Below, one piece after another: positions 1 to 8,944 of a DNA stretch of 64,000 nt. Made by a program: the position numbers and the translations under genes. The notes below the pieces were generated by a model, which was not told the DNA's origin, did not search any database, and worked only from the letters and a program-made list of their open reading frames with translations. This DNA comes from Candidatus Fervidifonticultor secundus (lineage in GTDB: Bacteria > Sysuimicrobiota > Sysuimicrobiia > Sysuimicrobiales > Humicultoraceae). Every line of letters starts with the position of its first letter. Position 1 is the first letter of the stretch. Location of the stretch: positions 25,483-89,482 of the forward strand of contig JAVKIP010000011.1 of the NCBI GenBank assembly GCA_031459385.1, given 5' to 3'.

Positions 1-156
1 CGCGACCGCGAAGTGATCGTGTACTGCCAGACCGGGGTACGGGCTGCCCACACCTGGTTCGTGCTGAAGTCCCTGCTGGGGTACCCCCGGGTCCGCAACT
101 ACGACGGCAGCTGGGAGGAGTGGGGGAACCGCTCCGACACACCGGTGCAGCGGTAG
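1..156 (+). CDS. Sulfurtransferase (rhodanese), 3' end only
   Basis: Frame 1 reads [42 protein letters not shown]...*, with the active-site CxxGxR loop and the YDGSWxEW signature. Confidence 0.9.
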   Translation, partial: RDREVIVYCQTGVRAAHTWFVLKSLLGYPRVRNYDGSWEEWGNRSDTPVQR

Positions 157-437
157 CGACGGGGCCAACCGCGGGCCGCCACCCGCCTTCTGGGCGTTCG
201 GGATCGCGCGGGGATTCGTACTGCAGCGCAGCCGGTTCTGCTTCGCCTCAGTCCCGCGACCTGTTTCTCTTGGACTCCGGACGCATCATGCGCAGCATCC
301 TGGGCAGTCTGGCGGTGGCCGGCGAAGGCTACGTGGCCTCGGCGGTGGCACTGGTCAGCATCAGGCGGGCGGGCTCGTCTGCGGGGTGAGGGCCCGGACG
401 GCCAGATCGGGGGTCGGTGGAGACCAGCCGTGTCAGC

Positions 438-1715
438 TCAATGATCTTGGCGGTGCGCCTGGCTCCCGTATGCAAGCCGCGCGGCGCCCGGGGGCGTCGC
501 TCCGTCGACCCGGAGGGCGAGTCCGCACGCCAGCGCGATCCCCATGAAGCCGACACCCGGGAGGAAGAACGCACCGAACCCCAGGGCGTCCACCGTCCAC
601 CCGTAGATCGGCGGCGCGACCAGCCCGCCCACAGCGCTCACCGCGCTCCACAGGCCGGAGTACAGGCCCACGCGGGCGGACGGAATGAGCTGCAACAGCA
701 CCGGGTAGGCGTTGTTCAGGTACAGCGCCCACGCGAGGCCGCCCAGGAGGAGCACCAGAACGAACGGCCCGGGCGTGCGCACGGCCTGCGCCAGCAGGAA
801 CGCGGCGAAGGTGCCGGCCAGGCCGGTCCGCATCACGCCCACGCGCCCGTACCGGTCGCCTGCCGCGCCGGCCGGCACGGCGCCGGCGATGAAGGTGAGG
901 ACGAAGAACCCGAGCAGCGTGGTGGCGCCGGCGGCGTCGAGTCCGAGCTGGTGGACGCCGAACCGGGTGAACATGTTCTGCACGCCGTTGACCGCGGCCA
1001 CCGCGCAGAACCCCTGCAGGCCCAGCAGCGCCAGGGGCCGGATGCGGCTGGCCTCGTGCACGGCCGCCAGCACGCGGCCCCGCCCGGCTGCGGCCGCGAC
1101 CTGCACGCGCTCCGCCGGGGCAGCGCAGGAGGGGTCACCTCCAGCCGTCAGGGCGTCCCGGCGCTCGCGGATCACCAGCGCGATAACGATGAGGGCGGCC
1201 ACGACGACCAGGCCAGTGCCATCGAAGGGGACGGTGGCCTGCCGGCGCGACAGCGGCGCCAGCACGAAGAAGGCGATCAGCGCGCCGCACCCGGCCAGGG
1301 CGTTGATGATGCCGTTGGCCCGCCCGCGCCGCGCGTCCGGCGTGATGTCCGGCATGAGCGCCATCATGGGACCGGCGGCGAGCGCCAGCCCCACGTTCAT
1401 CAGCAGGGTCGTCGCCAGCAGCGATGCGACGCTCGCGGTGCGGGGCACCAGCAGCAGGCAGAGCGCAGTGATCGGCATGCCCGCCGCCAGGAACGGTATG
1501 CGGCGCCCCCAGCGCGTGGTGACCTGGTCGCTGCGCGCGGCGACGTAGGGGACCAGCAGCACGGCAAACACGTTGTCGAGCACCATGATGAGGCCGATCA
1601 GCGTGTTGCTCTGCGTGAACCGGCCGTACAGCAGCGGCAGATAGGCGTTGTAGGTGGCCCACGTCAGCTGCGTGGCGAGGGCGCCCAACCCCAGGGCGAC
1701 GGTGCGGAGTATCAA
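438..1715 (-). CDS. MFS transporter (SLC45/sugar-like)
   Basis: About 12 hydrophobic segments; SDQVTTRWGRRIPF, ALMPDITP..RGRANG and GDRYGR motifs. Start uncertain. Confidence 0.85.
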   Translation of the reverse strand: MILRTVALGLGALATQLTWATYNAYLPLLYGRFTQSNTLIGLIMVLDNVFAVLLVPYVAARSDQVTTRWGRRIPFLAAGMPITALCLLLVPRTASVASLLATTLLMNVGLALAAGPMMALMPDITPDARRGRANGIINALAGCGALIAFFVLAPLSRRQATVPFDGTGLVVVAALIVIALVIRERRDALTAGGDPSCAAPAERVQVAAAAGRGRVLAAVHEASRIRPLALLGLQGFCAVAAVNGVQNMFTRFGVHQLGLDAAGATTLLGFFVLTFIAGAVPAGAAGDRYGRVGVMRTGLAGTFAAFLLAQAVRTPGPFVLVLLLGGLAWALYLNNAYPVLLQLIPSARVGLYSGLWSAVSAVGGLVAPPIYGWTVDALGFGAFFLPGVGFMGIALACGLALRVDGATPPGAARLAYGSQAHRQDH

Positions 1716-1863
1716 GGCAGCAGGGGCTTCGGCAGCGGCTGCGGCGTTCCTGGGAGGATCGCCGTGGGGCGCCTGGCGGGGCAGCTGTGACGCTCCAGGC
1801 AGGACTGTTGCAGCCGTGCGGGTCTCGCGCGCCGCGTCGGCCGGGGTGCATTGCCCTCGCTTG

Positions 1864-4698
1864 CTAGCGCGTCGCGACAGGCCCTTCGTGTCCCAGCAGC
1901 TCGTCCAGCAGGCGCAGGAGCCGCGCCACGTCGACCGGCTTGGTCAGGTACGCGACCGCGCCCAGCTCCCGTACCTGCTGCACGCGTGCTGCCGTGGCGT
2001 CGGCGCTGAGGACAACCACGGGAATGTGCTGGAGGTTCGGGTGCGCCTTGAACCGCCGGAGCAGCTCATCCCCTGGCACATCCGGCAGGTGCAGGTCCAG
2101 CAGGATCAGATCCGGACGGTGCTCCAGGGCCAGGTCCCATCCCAGCCGCCCCTGCATGGCGGGCACCAGGCGAATGTACGGCCGACGGGCGACGAGGCGC
2201 TCGACCAGCCGGAGGTTGGAGACGTTGTCTTCGAGGTAGAGCACTGTGCGCGGGGCGACCGTGATCTCGGGCGAGACGGCCGCCGCACGCTCCGTCTCGA
2301 CGGATGCGGCCACAGCAGTCGGGCCGGCGGCCAGCGGGAACTCGACCCAGAAGACGCTGCCGCCCCGCGGCCCCGGCTCGTAGCCGATCGTCCCGCCCAT
2401 CGCCTCGGTGAGCCGGCGCGACAGGGCGAGCCCGAGGCCCGTACCCTGAACCCCGGTGCCCTCGGCGCCCAGCCGCTCGAAGGGCACGAAGAGCCGCGCA
2501 ACCTGCCCGGGCGGGATCCCCGGACCGGTGTCAGCCACGGCGAGCCGCACGCGCCCGTCAGAACGCCCCTCCACCGTGATCGTGACGGCGCCGCCGTCGA
2601 CGTTGTACTTGATGGCGTTGGCCCCGAGGTTGAGCAGCACCTGCTTCAGCCGCTGGGCATCCGCCAGGGCGTGCAGGGACGTGTCCTCGGGGGGCCGGCG
2701 TGAGAGCGTGATGCCCCGAGCCGCCGCCAGCGGAGTGAGCAGGTCGAGCGTCTGCTCCAGGATGTCTGCCAGCGGGACCGGTTCGACCGAGATCGTCATC
2801 CGGCCAGCCTCGATCCGGGCCACATCGAGCACCTCGTCGATCAGGCTCAGGAGATGGCGCGAGGCCCTGAGGATGTGCGCCGTTGCCTCGTCGTCCCCGT
2901 CGGCGGGCCTGTCCATCTCCAGCAGCTGGGCAAACCCCACGATGGCGTTCAGCGGCGTCCGCAGTTCGTGGCTCATGCGCGAGAGGAACTCGCTCTTGGC
3001 CCGGTTGGCGGCCTCGGCGGCCCGTCGGGCCTCCTCTAGCTCTGCGGTACGGACGGCGACCGCTCGCTCGAGGTCGGCGGCATACTGCTCGAGGGCCGCG
3101 TGGAGATGCGCCTGGTAGATGCCGATGGCCAGCTGGTCGGCGATCTCGCGCAGGATCTGCAGTCCCTCGGCCCCGAGCGGCGAGGCGTTGGCGATCACCA
3201 GGAAGCCGCGCAGGTCCCCTGCGATACGCAGCGGGACTGCGTGGAGGTTCTCTGTCGGCGCGGGAGCCGCACGGGCCGGGCCGCGGGCAGCCAGGTCGAC
3301 GACATCACCCTGCCGGAGTCGGCCCAGGGCCGCCTCGGTGATGCCAAGGTCGGCCAGAGACAGCCGCGCGCCTGCCGCATGCGGCGCGGCGCCGTGCACC
3401 GCAATGACCGCGATGTGCTCCGCACCGGGAGCGTACTCCAGGAGGGTGGCGTACTGTGCCCCGGCGAGCGCCACGAGCGGCGGCAGGGCGTCAGCCGCGA
3501 TCGCCGCACGCGTCGGGGCCGAGAGGACTGCGCGGCCGATGCCGTGCATCAGCTCGAGGCGTCGGGCATGGCGTTCGAGCGCCGCCCTGCTGCCGTCGAG
3601 TTCCATGGTCTTCGCCTGCAGGCCCGCGGCCATCTCGTCGAACGTACGGGCCATCTCGCGGACTTCCGCCGCGCCCCCAACCTCCCCGACCCTGGTCGCC
3701 AGGTGCCCGCTGCCGAGCCGCGTGGCGGCGTCGAGCAGCGCCCGCACCGGTCGGAGGACCTCGCGATCCGCCACGAGCATCGCCGCCGCGAGCACCAGCC
3801 CCGCCACCAGGAGCACGCCGACGATGTTCGCCGCCGTGGCGCGGTCGATGGCGGTGTAGACGGAGGCCAGAGGAATCCCCACGGCGACCACGACGCGCCC
3901 GCCCGCGCCGGTGTCGTCGAGCGGCGTGAACGCGTACAGACGTCGGACGCCGTCTGCGCCGGGGGCCTCGGCCACGCCTTCGGCGGTGGCGACGCGGAGC
4001 AGTCGGACGATCGGGGCCTCCGGCAGGGTGCGACCGACCAAGCCGTCCAGGTGAGGCTGCCGGGCGAGCACGGTGGCGTTGCGGTCCACCACGATCAGCG
4101 CCCCGCCGTCGGGCAGCCCGATCCGCTGGCTTGCGCGCTCCAGCGCCGCCAGGCTCACGGCGGCGAACACCACGCCCCGCAGTGTCCCGCCCGGTCCGAT
4201 GACCGGATACCCGAAGTTGATCGTGGGCTGGCCCGTAATGCGGCCGATCTGGTACTCGCCGACCGAGAACGTCCGGTAGCGTGCCGCGTGCTGGAAGTAC
4301 TGGCGATCGGCGACGCTCACCGGCCGCCGCGACGGGCGCGCGCTGCAGACGACCACCCCATCTGGCGCCGCCACCCCGAGGTTGGCGTACGTAGGGTGCT
4401 GGGCCAGCAGGTCGCCGAAGAGCCTGCTGCACCGCGCGGGATCCCAGGGCTCTTCCTGGATCACGCGTGCCAGGACCGGCAGGAGGTGCTGCGCGCTGGC
4501 AATGAACAGGCGGTGGTGTTCCCGTGCGCTCCGCGCGAGCCGGAGCGCTTCCGCGGCCACGTCGTTGCGCGCGCGGCTGCGCTGGCTGCCCCCGGCGTAC
4601 AGGTGCAGGCCCACGAGGGGAATGACGGCCAGGAGGATCAGGCGGCGGACGTGGGTGCGGAGGTTGGCACCTGTGGCCGCAACCGTTGCGCGAGCCGT
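1864..4698 (-). CDS. Hybrid sensor histidine kinase (TM-Cache-TM-HAMP-GAF-HisKA-HATPase-REC)
   Basis: H-box FLSRMSHELRTPLNAI, N-box QVLLNLGANAIKY, DTGPGI, GTGLGL; C-terminal receiver LILLDLHLPD..KP. Track ORF starts at 4614, but the frame stays open to an ACG at 4698 that has an SD. Confidence 0.9.
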   Translation of the reverse strand, partial: TARATVAATGANLRTHVRRLILLAVIPLVGLHLYAGGSQRSRARNDVAAEALRLARSAREHHRLFIASAQHLLPVLARVIQEEPWDPARCSRLFGDLLAQHPTYANLGVAAPDGVVVCSARPSRRPVSVADRQYFQHAARYRTFSVGEYQIGRITGQPTINFGYPVIGPGGTLRGVVFAAVSLAALERASQRIGLPDGGALIVVDRNATVLARQPHLDGLVGRTLPEAPIVRLLRVATAEGVAEAPGADGVRRLYAFTPLDDTGAGGRVVVAVGIPLASVYTAIDRATAANIVGVLLVAGLVLAAAMLVADREVLRPVRALLDAATRLGSGHLATRVGEVGGAAEVREMARTFDEMAAGLQAKTMELDGSRAALERHARRLELMHGIGRAVLSAPTRAAIAADALPPLVALAGAQYATLLEYAPGAEHIAVIAVHGAAPHAAGARLSLADLGITEAALGRLRQGDVVDLAARGPARAAPAPTENLHAVPLRIAGDLRGFLVIANASPLGAEGLQILREIADQLAIGIYQAHLHAALEQYAADLERAVAVRTAELEEARRAAEAANRAKSEFLSRMSHELRTPLNAIVGFAQLLEMDRPADGDDEATAHILRASRHLLSLIDEVLDVARIEAGRMTISVEPVPLADILEQTLDLLTPLAAARGITLSRRPPEDTSLHALADAQRLKQVLLNLGANAIKYNVDGGAVTITVEGRSDGRVRLAVADTGPGIPPGQVARLFVPFERLGAEGTGVQGTGLGLALSRRLTEAMGGTIGYEPGPRGGSVFWVEFPLAAGPTAVAASVETERAAAVSPEITVAPRTVLYLEDNVSNLRLVERLVARRPYIRLVPAMQGRLGWDLALEHRPDLILLDLHLPDVPGDELLRRFKAHPNLQHIPVVVLSADATAARVQQVRELGAVAYLTKPVDVARLLRLLDELLGHEGPVATR

Positions 4699-4773
4699 GG
4701 ACGCACCCCCTTTCTCCGACGCGCCGGCGCCCGGGCGTGATGTCGAGCAGCGCTAGATGGCGCTACAGATGGT

Positions 4774-5859
4774 ATGCCCAGGTGGGCGGATCCAGACCAC
4801 CGGCCTGGGCGTGGCGAGCGCCGTGCCGCCGGACGACAGGAAGCCACGTGCGCTGCCGCGAAGCGCGCAGGCGTGGCTGGACGCGTGCACGACCGCGCGC
4901 CGCGGCCGCTCGTCGCCGGTGCAGTGGTTGCACTCCTGGTGTGGGCGCGGGGCCCCACTGCCGGCGGCCAGGCGCCCGCCGGCGGCATCTTCGTAAACGA
5001 TCCGGGCAACGCCCGCGTCGTCCGTCTGGCCGACCTGACCGGCGCGGGGTGGACGGCGCTGGCCACCGGGGGAGACGCGCGGGGCGGCGGCCGCCACTTT
5101 GCCTTCCAGTCAGGCATCGCCCTGGATGCCCGGGGCCGGATCTACTTCACCGACGCCACGCGCTCACGCCTCGTCCGCGTCGACGACCTCAGCGGCGCGG
5201 GCTGGGTTGCCTTCGGCACCCGCGGGAGCGGGGTCGGCCAGTTCGACCTGCCGGCCGGGGTGGCCGTGGACGCCGCCGGCCGCATCTACATCGCCGACGC
5301 CAGCAACGCGCGCATCGTGCGCATCGCGGAGATGACGGGTGCGGGATGGGTGGCGTTGGGAACGCGCGGGGCCGGGGTCGGGCAGTTCAACTTCCCGCAG
5401 GGAATCGCGGTGGACGGCGCGGGGCGCATCTACGTGGCGGATGCGCTCAACGACCGCATCGTGCGCGTCGACGACATGCGCGGGGCGGGATGGACGACGC
5501 TGGGCCGTCCCGGGGCCGGCGTGGGGCAGTTCGACTTCCCGGCGTCGGTGGCGGTGGGCCGCGACGGGCGAGTCTACGTCACCGACTCGTCCAACGACCG
5601 GGTGGTGCGCGTGGACAGCATGACCGGAGCCGGCTGGGTGGCGTTCGCCGGGCTGAGCTCGCGCGCCACGGAGTTCGCCTTTCCCACGGGACTGGCGGTG
5701 GACGCGGCAGGCCGCATCTACGTGACCGATGAGATGCACCGGATCGTGCGCATCGCCGACATGAGCGGCGCGGGCTGGACGGCGTTCGGGACCATGGGGG
5801 GAGGGGTCGGCCAGTTCTCCTTCCCCTCGGGGATCGCTGTCGCACCGGCCGTGCGGTAG
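4774..5859 (+). CDS. NHL-repeat beta-propeller protein, probably exported
   Basis: Six ~48-aa repeats (GAGWxAxGxxGxGVGQFxFPxGIAVDxxGRIYxxD); hydrophobic N-terminal segment; alternative GTG start at 4885. Confidence 0.88.
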   Translation: MPRWADPDHRPGRGERRAAGRQEATCAAAKRAGVAGRVHDRAPRPLVAGAVVALLVWARGPTAGGQAPAGGIFVNDPGNARVVRLADLTGAGWTALATGGDARGGGRHFAFQSGIALDARGRIYFTDATRSRLVRVDDLSGAGWVAFGTRGSGVGQFDLPAGVAVDAAGRIYIADASNARIVRIAEMTGAGWVALGTRGAGVGQFNFPQGIAVDGAGRIYVADALNDRIVRVDDMRGAGWTTLGRPGAGVGQFDFPASVAVGRDGRVYVTDSSNDRVVRVDSMTGAGWVAFAGLSSRATEFAFPTGLAVDAAGRIYVTDEMHRIVRIADMSGAGWTAFGTMGGGVGQFSFPSGIAVAPAVR

Positions 5860-5868
5860 GATGGGGGC

Positions 5869-6567
5869 ATGATGGGTCCCCTCGCACAGACCGCCACGGC
5901 GGCGGCCACCGTGGCCGCGATCACCATCGGCCAGAGCCCGCGGCCCGACATCATGGACGAGGTGGTGCCGCTGCTGCCGTCGCGCGTCCGCGTGGTGCAG
6001 ACGGGCGCGCTCGACGGCCTCTCCCTGGCCGAGGTGGCCGCCATGCGCCCGGAGCCGGGGGACCACACCCTGGTGACGCGGTTGCGCTCGGGCGAGGAAG
6101 TGCTGATCGGCATGCAGCGTGTCGCGCCGCGGGTGCAGGCGTGTATCGACGCGGTGCAGGACGCCGCAGATCTCATCGTGGTGCTGTGCACGGGGACGTT
6201 CCCGCAGCTGCGCTCGCGCCGGCCCGTCATCTATCCGGAGCACCTGCTGCTGCAGGTAACCCGTGCCGTCAGCCCCGGCGCGCATGTCGGCGTGCTGACA
6301 CCGGCTGCAGCGCAGATCCCCCACCAGGAGCAGCGGTGGGGTATGGTGGCCTCGGCGGTGACCGTGCGGGCCTACGCGCCGTACGCCACCCGTGAGAGCG
6401 TAGAGGAGGCCTGCGCAGCCTTTGCCACCGCAGGCGTCGATCTGGTGGTGCTCGACTGCCTGGGGTACACGGTGGCGCTCAAGGACACCGTCCGGCGGCT
6501 CGTGGGGCGCCCTGCGCTGCTGGCCCGCACGCTGCTGGCGCGCGCGGTGGCCGAACTGCTGGGCTGA
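5869..6567 (+). CDS. AroM family protein
   Basis: ITIGQSPRPDI, LVTRLRSG, LCTGTFP and LDCLGY motifs. Confidence 0.85.
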   Translation: MMGPLAQTATAAATVAAITIGQSPRPDIMDEVVPLLPSRVRVVQTGALDGLSLAEVAAMRPEPGDHTLVTRLRSGEEVLIGMQRVAPRVQACIDAVQDAADLIVVLCTGTFPQLRSRRPVIYPEHLLLQVTRAVSPGAHVGVLTPAAAQIPHQEQRWGMVASAVTVRAYAPYATRESVEEACAAFATAGVDLVVLDCLGYTVALKDTVRRLVGRPALLARTLLARAVAELLG

Positions 6568-6573
6568 CGGCGG

Positions 6574-6602
6574 TTGACGCGGCAGGCGGCGGCGGCTAGC
6601 AT
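6574..6602 (+). promoter_or_regulatory. sigma-70-type promoter for the thrS leader
   Basis: TTGACG-N17-TAGCAT immediately upstream of the T-box leader. Confidence 0.7.
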
Positions 6603-6608
6603 GGGCTC

Positions 6609-6898
6609 TGCGGTGGCGAGGACGAGGACGAGGGCGCCGGGCGTCCGGCCGGAGCCGCGCGCAGCGGCGGAGAGAGGCGGGGCCACCGGCTGAGAGCCCC
6701 GCCGGCTGGATCGGCGACACACCACCTCTGAGCCGCGGTCGACGGACAGGCGCGACGGCGCCCGTCACGGAAGACCGCCGGGTGCGCCCGAGAGCGCGCA
6801 GCGAGCGTCTGACACCGCGCCTGCCAGGCAGGCCGGTGCGGGCGAAACGAGGGTGGAACCGCGGACAGCCCGCCCCTCAGGGGCGGGCTGTTGTGTTT
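6609..6898 (+). ncRNA. T-box riboswitch (Thr) with terminator
   Basis: AGAGA bulge, GCTGAGA loop, specifier ACC at 6721-6723, T-box AGGGTGGAACCGCG at ~6850-6863, hairpin cagcccgccc..gggcgggctg followed by ttgtgttt; lies upstream of thrS. Confidence 0.9.
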
Positions 6899-6922
6899 GC
6901 GTATGGAAGGGGAGGAGGCGCG

Positions 6923-8842
6923 ATGCCGCGCATCAGGGTGCAGCTAGCGGATGGGTCCACGTACGAGGTGGAGACCGGGACGACGGCCGGCGCGCTGGCC
7001 CGGCGACTGGGGCTGCGTGACGCGATCGCCGTGCTGGTCAACGGCCGGGCCCGGGACCTGGCCGCGCCCCTGGACGACGGGGCGAGGGTGCAGTTCCTCA
7101 CCTTCGAGGATCCCGCCGGCCGGGAGATCTTCTGGCACTCCACGGCGCACCTGCTGGCCCAGGCGGTGAAACAACTGTTCCCGCAGGCGAAGCTGGCCAT
7201 CGGCCCGCCGATCGACGACGGCTTCTACTATGATTTCGACATCGGCCGGCCGTTCAGCCCCGAGGACCTGGAACGGATCGAGGCGCGCATGCGCGAGCTC
7301 GCGGCTGCCGACCAGCCCATCGAGCGGCTCGAGCTGCCCCGCCAGGATGCGCAGCGGCGCCTCGAGCAGGATGGAGAGGTCTACAAGCTGGAACTGCTGG
7401 CCGAGATTCCCGACGCGCACGTCTCTTTCTACCGGCAGGACGGCTTCCAGGACATGTGCCGCGGGCCGCACCTGCCGCGCACGGGCCTGATCGGCGCGGT
7501 GAAGCTGCTGTCGACGTCCGGCGCATACTGGCGCGGGGACGAGCGCCGGCCGATGCTCCAGCGGATCTACGGGGTCTCGTACCCCACGGCGGAACGGCTC
7601 GACGCGCACCTGCAGCGCCTGGAGGAGGCGCGGCGGCGGGACCACCGGCGGATCGGGCGCGAGCTGCAGTTGTTCCACATCGCGCCAGAAGTGGGCCCGG
7701 GGCTGCCCCTGTGGCTGCCCAAGGGCGCCACGATCCGGCGGATCGTGGAGCGCTACATCGTGGACCTGGAGCTCGCCGCGGGTTACCAGCACGTCTACAG
7801 CCAGGAGCTGGCATCCTCGACGCTCTACAAGATCTCCGGGCACTGGGACCACTACCGCGACAACATGTATCCGCCCATGCAGGTGGACGCCGAAGAACTG
7901 GTCCTGCGTCCCATGAACTGCCCCCACCACATCATGATCTACCGGGTGGGGCAGCGCTCCTACCGCGACCTGCCGGTCCGCATCGCCGAGCTCGGCCGCG
8001 TGTACCGATATGAGCGGTCCGGGGTGCTCGCAGGGCTGGCGCGCGTGCGGGGCATGACCATGAACGACGCCCACATCTTCCTGCGCCCCGATCAGATCAA
8101 GGACGAGATCGCGGCCGTCGTACGCCTGATCCAGCGAGTCTACGCCGACTTCCGCATCAGCGGCGCCTGGTACCAGCTCTCGCTGCGCGACCCGGCCGAC
8201 CGGGAGAAGTTTATCCAGAACGACGCGCTGTGGGACCAGGCGGAGCGGATGCTGCGGGAGGCGCTGGGGGAGCTGGGCATTCCCTACCGCGAAGCGATGG
8301 GCGAGGCGGCGTTCTACGGGCCCAAGATCGACGTGCAGGTGCCCACGGCGGCGGGCAAGGACGAGACGATCTCCACGGTGCAGCTCGACTTCCTGCTGCC
8401 CGAGCGGTTCGCGCTGGAGTACATCGGCGAAGACGGCCGGGCGCACCGCCCGGTGCTGATCCACCGGGCCATCACCAGCACCATGGAGCGCTGGGTGGCG
8501 ATGCTGATCGAGCAGTACGAGGGGAAGTTCCCGCTGTGGCTCGCGCCGGAACAGGTGCGCGTGCTGCCGATCGCGGACCGCCACCACGACTACGCCCGCG
8601 CCGTGGGCGACCGCCTGGCCGCCGAGGGCCTGCGGGTGGCCGTCGACGCGTCCAACGAGCGGATCAGCTACAAGGTCCGTCAGGCGCAGCTCGAGCACGT
8701 GCCCTACATGGCCGTGGTCGGCGACAGGGAGCAGGCGGCGGGCACGGTGGCGGTGCGCAGCCGGTCCGCTGGCGACCTGGGCCCGATGCCGGTCGAACAG
8801 TTCCTGGCGCGGCTGCGCGACGAGGTGGCGGCCAGGGCCTGA
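6923..8842 (+). CDS. thrS: Threonine--tRNA ligase
   Basis: TGS domain, HSTAHLLAQA, DMCRGPH, RPMNCPHH, AAFYGPKID; GGAGG SD before ATG 6923. Confidence 0.98.
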   Translation: MPRIRVQLADGSTYEVETGTTAGALARRLGLRDAIAVLVNGRARDLAAPLDDGARVQFLTFEDPAGREIFWHSTAHLLAQAVKQLFPQAKLAIGPPIDDGFYYDFDIGRPFSPEDLERIEARMRELAAADQPIERLELPRQDAQRRLEQDGEVYKLELLAEIPDAHVSFYRQDGFQDMCRGPHLPRTGLIGAVKLLSTSGAYWRGDERRPMLQRIYGVSYPTAERLDAHLQRLEEARRRDHRRIGRELQLFHIAPEVGPGLPLWLPKGATIRRIVERYIVDLELAAGYQHVYSQELASSTLYKISGHWDHYRDNMYPPMQVDAEELVLRPMNCPHHIMIYRVGQRSYRDLPVRIAELGRVYRYERSGVLAGLARVRGMTMNDAHIFLRPDQIKDEIAAVVRLIQRVYADFRISGAWYQLSLRDPADREKFIQNDALWDQAERMLREALGELGIPYREAMGEAAFYGPKIDVQVPTAAGKDETISTVQLDFLLPERFALEYIGEDGRAHRPVLIHRAITSTMERWVAMLIEQYEGKFPLWLAPEQVRVLPIADRHHDYARAVGDRLAAEGLRVAVDASNERISYKVRQAQLEHVPYMAVVGDREQAAGTVAVRSRSAGDLGPMPVEQFLARLRDEVAARA

Positions 8843-8944
8843 CGCGGGGCACGGCACATCGGGCCGGCGGTCGCACTCGACGGGAGCGCGCCGGCTGCGC
8901 CCGGTACGCCTGCGAGGCGTTGGCCGATCTACGGGGCAGACGCC

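Noticed and set aside
157..437. Short ORFs between the rhodanese and MFS genes
   Set aside because: No SD, motif or codon-bias support
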